A stretch of 63,644 bases of DNA, filler included, from Olpidium bornovanus S191 (taxonomy: Eukaryota > Fungi > Olpidiomycota), in the NCBI GenBank assembly GCA_017911155.1. It is 27 parts of 27 records of this genome, joined end to end, with 100 filler letters (N's around TTAATTAATTAA, not from the genome) between each part and the next. Parts side by side here need not be neighbours in the genome. Positions count along the whole stretch, not along the records: positions 60,630 to 61,867 come from JAEFCI010007915.1; positions 61,968 to 63,644 come from JAEFCI010010383.1; 25 more parts are not named here. One strand, 5' to 3'. The notes under the pieces were generated by a model. It searched no databases and was not told the DNA's origin. It saw nothing but the letters and a program-made list of their open reading frames with translations. A program made the position numbers and the translations under genes. This document shows positions 61,749-63,644 of the stretch, one piece after another. Position 1 is the first letter of the stretch, and every line of letters starts with the position of its first letter.

Positions 61749-62076
61749 CCCCCCCCCCCCCCCCCGGGGGTTTTTTTTCCCGGAAGGAAAGGGATATCAA
61801 AGGTTAACGGCGAGCGAGAAGCCAGAGGCGGGCCAGGGGGGTTGGCCCCGTCGGACATTTTGCGCGCNNNNNNNNNNNNNNNNNNNNNNNNNNNNNNNNN
61901 NNNNNNNNNNNTTAATTAATTAANNNNNNNNNNNNNNNNNNNNNNNNNNNNNNNNNNNNNNNNNNNNTTCAAAGGCTATTAAGGAGAGAACAACGTTTGG
62001 AGGGATTATTAGGAGAAGGGTTAAGTTACTCGCACAGAGGGCGGCGCCGGAAAAGTACGAAACTTTTTTTCTATTT

Positions 62077-63469
62077 TCAATCCATGGACGGGTTTCCGAG
62101 GGTCCGAATGGATACGGACGAAGGCGCTTCGTGCCGATTTAGCTTTACCTGCGAAGGCCAAAGAGGACGCCAAGCAAATGTCAGTCGCGTCCTCGCCGCG
62201 TACGTGCGGTGATGGTACAGAATTTGAATGCCACTCGCCATGAATCGTCGGTACGCCACGGCATTTAGGACACCGCCAGAGTTCGTCAGCGTAACAACGA
62301 TTGCGTTCAGCACGAAAAAATCTGGAGAAGGTGCGCCGCGGTTACGTGTCCCGTAATATGCGCTCCGGTGACAGTAGAGCTCGAGTTCGAACCGGCTTCG
62401 GCACGGGTGTCGCGGCGGCGCGCACCTTTCCCGGCGAGAAGCAGCAGGGCGTAAACGAGGTACGGGGTCCATTGGAACAAGTAGATGGCGACGAAGATCG
62501 GCAAGTGGCGGATCAAGCGTCCGAAGCGTCCTTGGGGCCAGCCGGCCGGTAGACCGTCGCCCGGAACGCCGGGCGAGCCGCAGGAATCGTTCCGATATTT
62601 CGTGCGACCGGAATGGTGCAGCACATGCCGGTGCTTTATCAGGAACATGACAAGGTATCCGTAGAAAAACGCGCTCGTGAGCATGCCGCCGAGCACGACG
62701 ACGCCGTTGAAGATGAAGAGCCGGTCAGGGACACCGCACCACATCTAATGGGTTGTTTCCGTTAATCAAAGCTGGCACCTTCGATAGGTGGGGCCGAACT
62801 TCCGTTCGTGAAGCCTGGAAAAGCCACGAGTGGCTTACCGGCTCCGGTCCATAGTCATTTGTGACGAAGGGCACCAGGCCCCAAACAAGCGGCAGGCCCC
62901 AACAAGCGACATGGAGCTTCCAATCTTGTCGTCCTGTGTCGATCTCGTGGTTACGAACCACCAGCGACCATAAATAAAACGCCACCGCCGAGACCCAAAA
63001 AGCGGGTAAATTCTACCCAGCGCGCCACAAGAAAAAATTCAGCCGATGTCATGGTTCCAAAAGCTTTGCAATTCAATAAGCGGAGCAGGCAGCACCATTG
63101 CAAAAACTGTTCCGAAACCAAGGAACTGGCAAAAAACTCCAGTAGAGACGTAGCCCCTGGAAATCGACAACGCGTGGTCCTTGTTTTCATTTTACGGCGT
63201 TAGCAAAAAAAATAAAAATAAAAAATAAAAAATCGCCAGCTGCTTGACGGACTTCGTGAACTGAATTCCGAACAAAACGCCGGGCGCGGCCACTTACCAC
63301 ACCGTGGAAAACCGAAAAGAGGAGGTCGGTCATGGAGATCCACATGGGAAATTTTTGCGTCGTCCGGAGCGACGCTTTCGTCCATTGCCGTAGGGTTTCA
63401 TGTACAATGTAGCACGAGCCCGATAAGCTCAGGGATATGACGCTGAGCGCTAGCCCGTGTATGATCAGC
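62077..63469 (-). CDS. 7-TM GPCR of the cAMP-receptor-like / Git3-Gpr1 type, N-terminus missing
   Basis: Reassembled exons: TM1 LALSVISLSLSGSCYIV; TM2 FPMWISMTDLLFSVFH; TM3 FCQFLGFGTVFAM...FWVSAVAFYLW; TM4 LHVACWGLPLVWGLVPF; YGPE..WCG; TM5; TM6 LPIFVAIYLFQWTPYLV; TM7 VVTLTNSGGVLNAVAY. Confidence 0.85.
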
Positions 63470-63644
63470 CTGCAAGAGAAAGAATGTTACGTTGTTCTTT
63501 TACGGCGCCCCGTGTTCGTTCCGCCGCCGGGAGGGGGAAGCGGCGGGGGGAAGGGGGGGGGGGGGGGGGGGGGGGGGGGGAGAATCGCAGGTTTTTACGA
63601 CGCGAAAAGGTTCAGCAACAGCGGCGGCAAAAAAACAAAAAAAA

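Noticed and set aside
53889-63469. Physical cluster of peptide precursor, metallopeptidase and GPCR
   Set aside because: They lie on different contigs joined by artificial spacers; order in the window carries no linkage information.

Overview
Not a contiguous locus: 27 short contigs of a GC-rich, intron-containing eukaryotic draft genome joined by 26 artificial 100-nt spacers (44 N + TTAATTAATTAA + 44 N). Gene content points to a flagellated fungus: IFT122 and ARMC3 occur alongside fungal Bem1, Cox4, Ypp1, Rsc8, Kri1, Rai1 and CotH. An Olpidium-like zoosporic fungus is my inference, not a database result. Most genes are partial housekeeping genes, mixed with transposon remnants and microsatellites. 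The standout is 53889-54971, a single-ORF precursor with a signal peptide and six 99-nt repeats. Each repeat encodes a dibasic-flanked peptide QExxPxxIGEPRxxVLL-G-KR, carrying both an N-terminal Gln (pyroglutamate) and a C-terminal Gly-Lys-Arg (amidation signal), followed by a membrane anchor. This is the grammar of an animal neuropeptide prohormone, found here in a fungus. Other notable items are a cAMP-receptor-like 7TM GPCR, a secreted HELLHGLGF metallopeptidase, a CotH kinase, and strong CATG enrichment at contig ends that suggests library or assembly artefacts. All family assignments come from motif recognition by eye; no searches were run.
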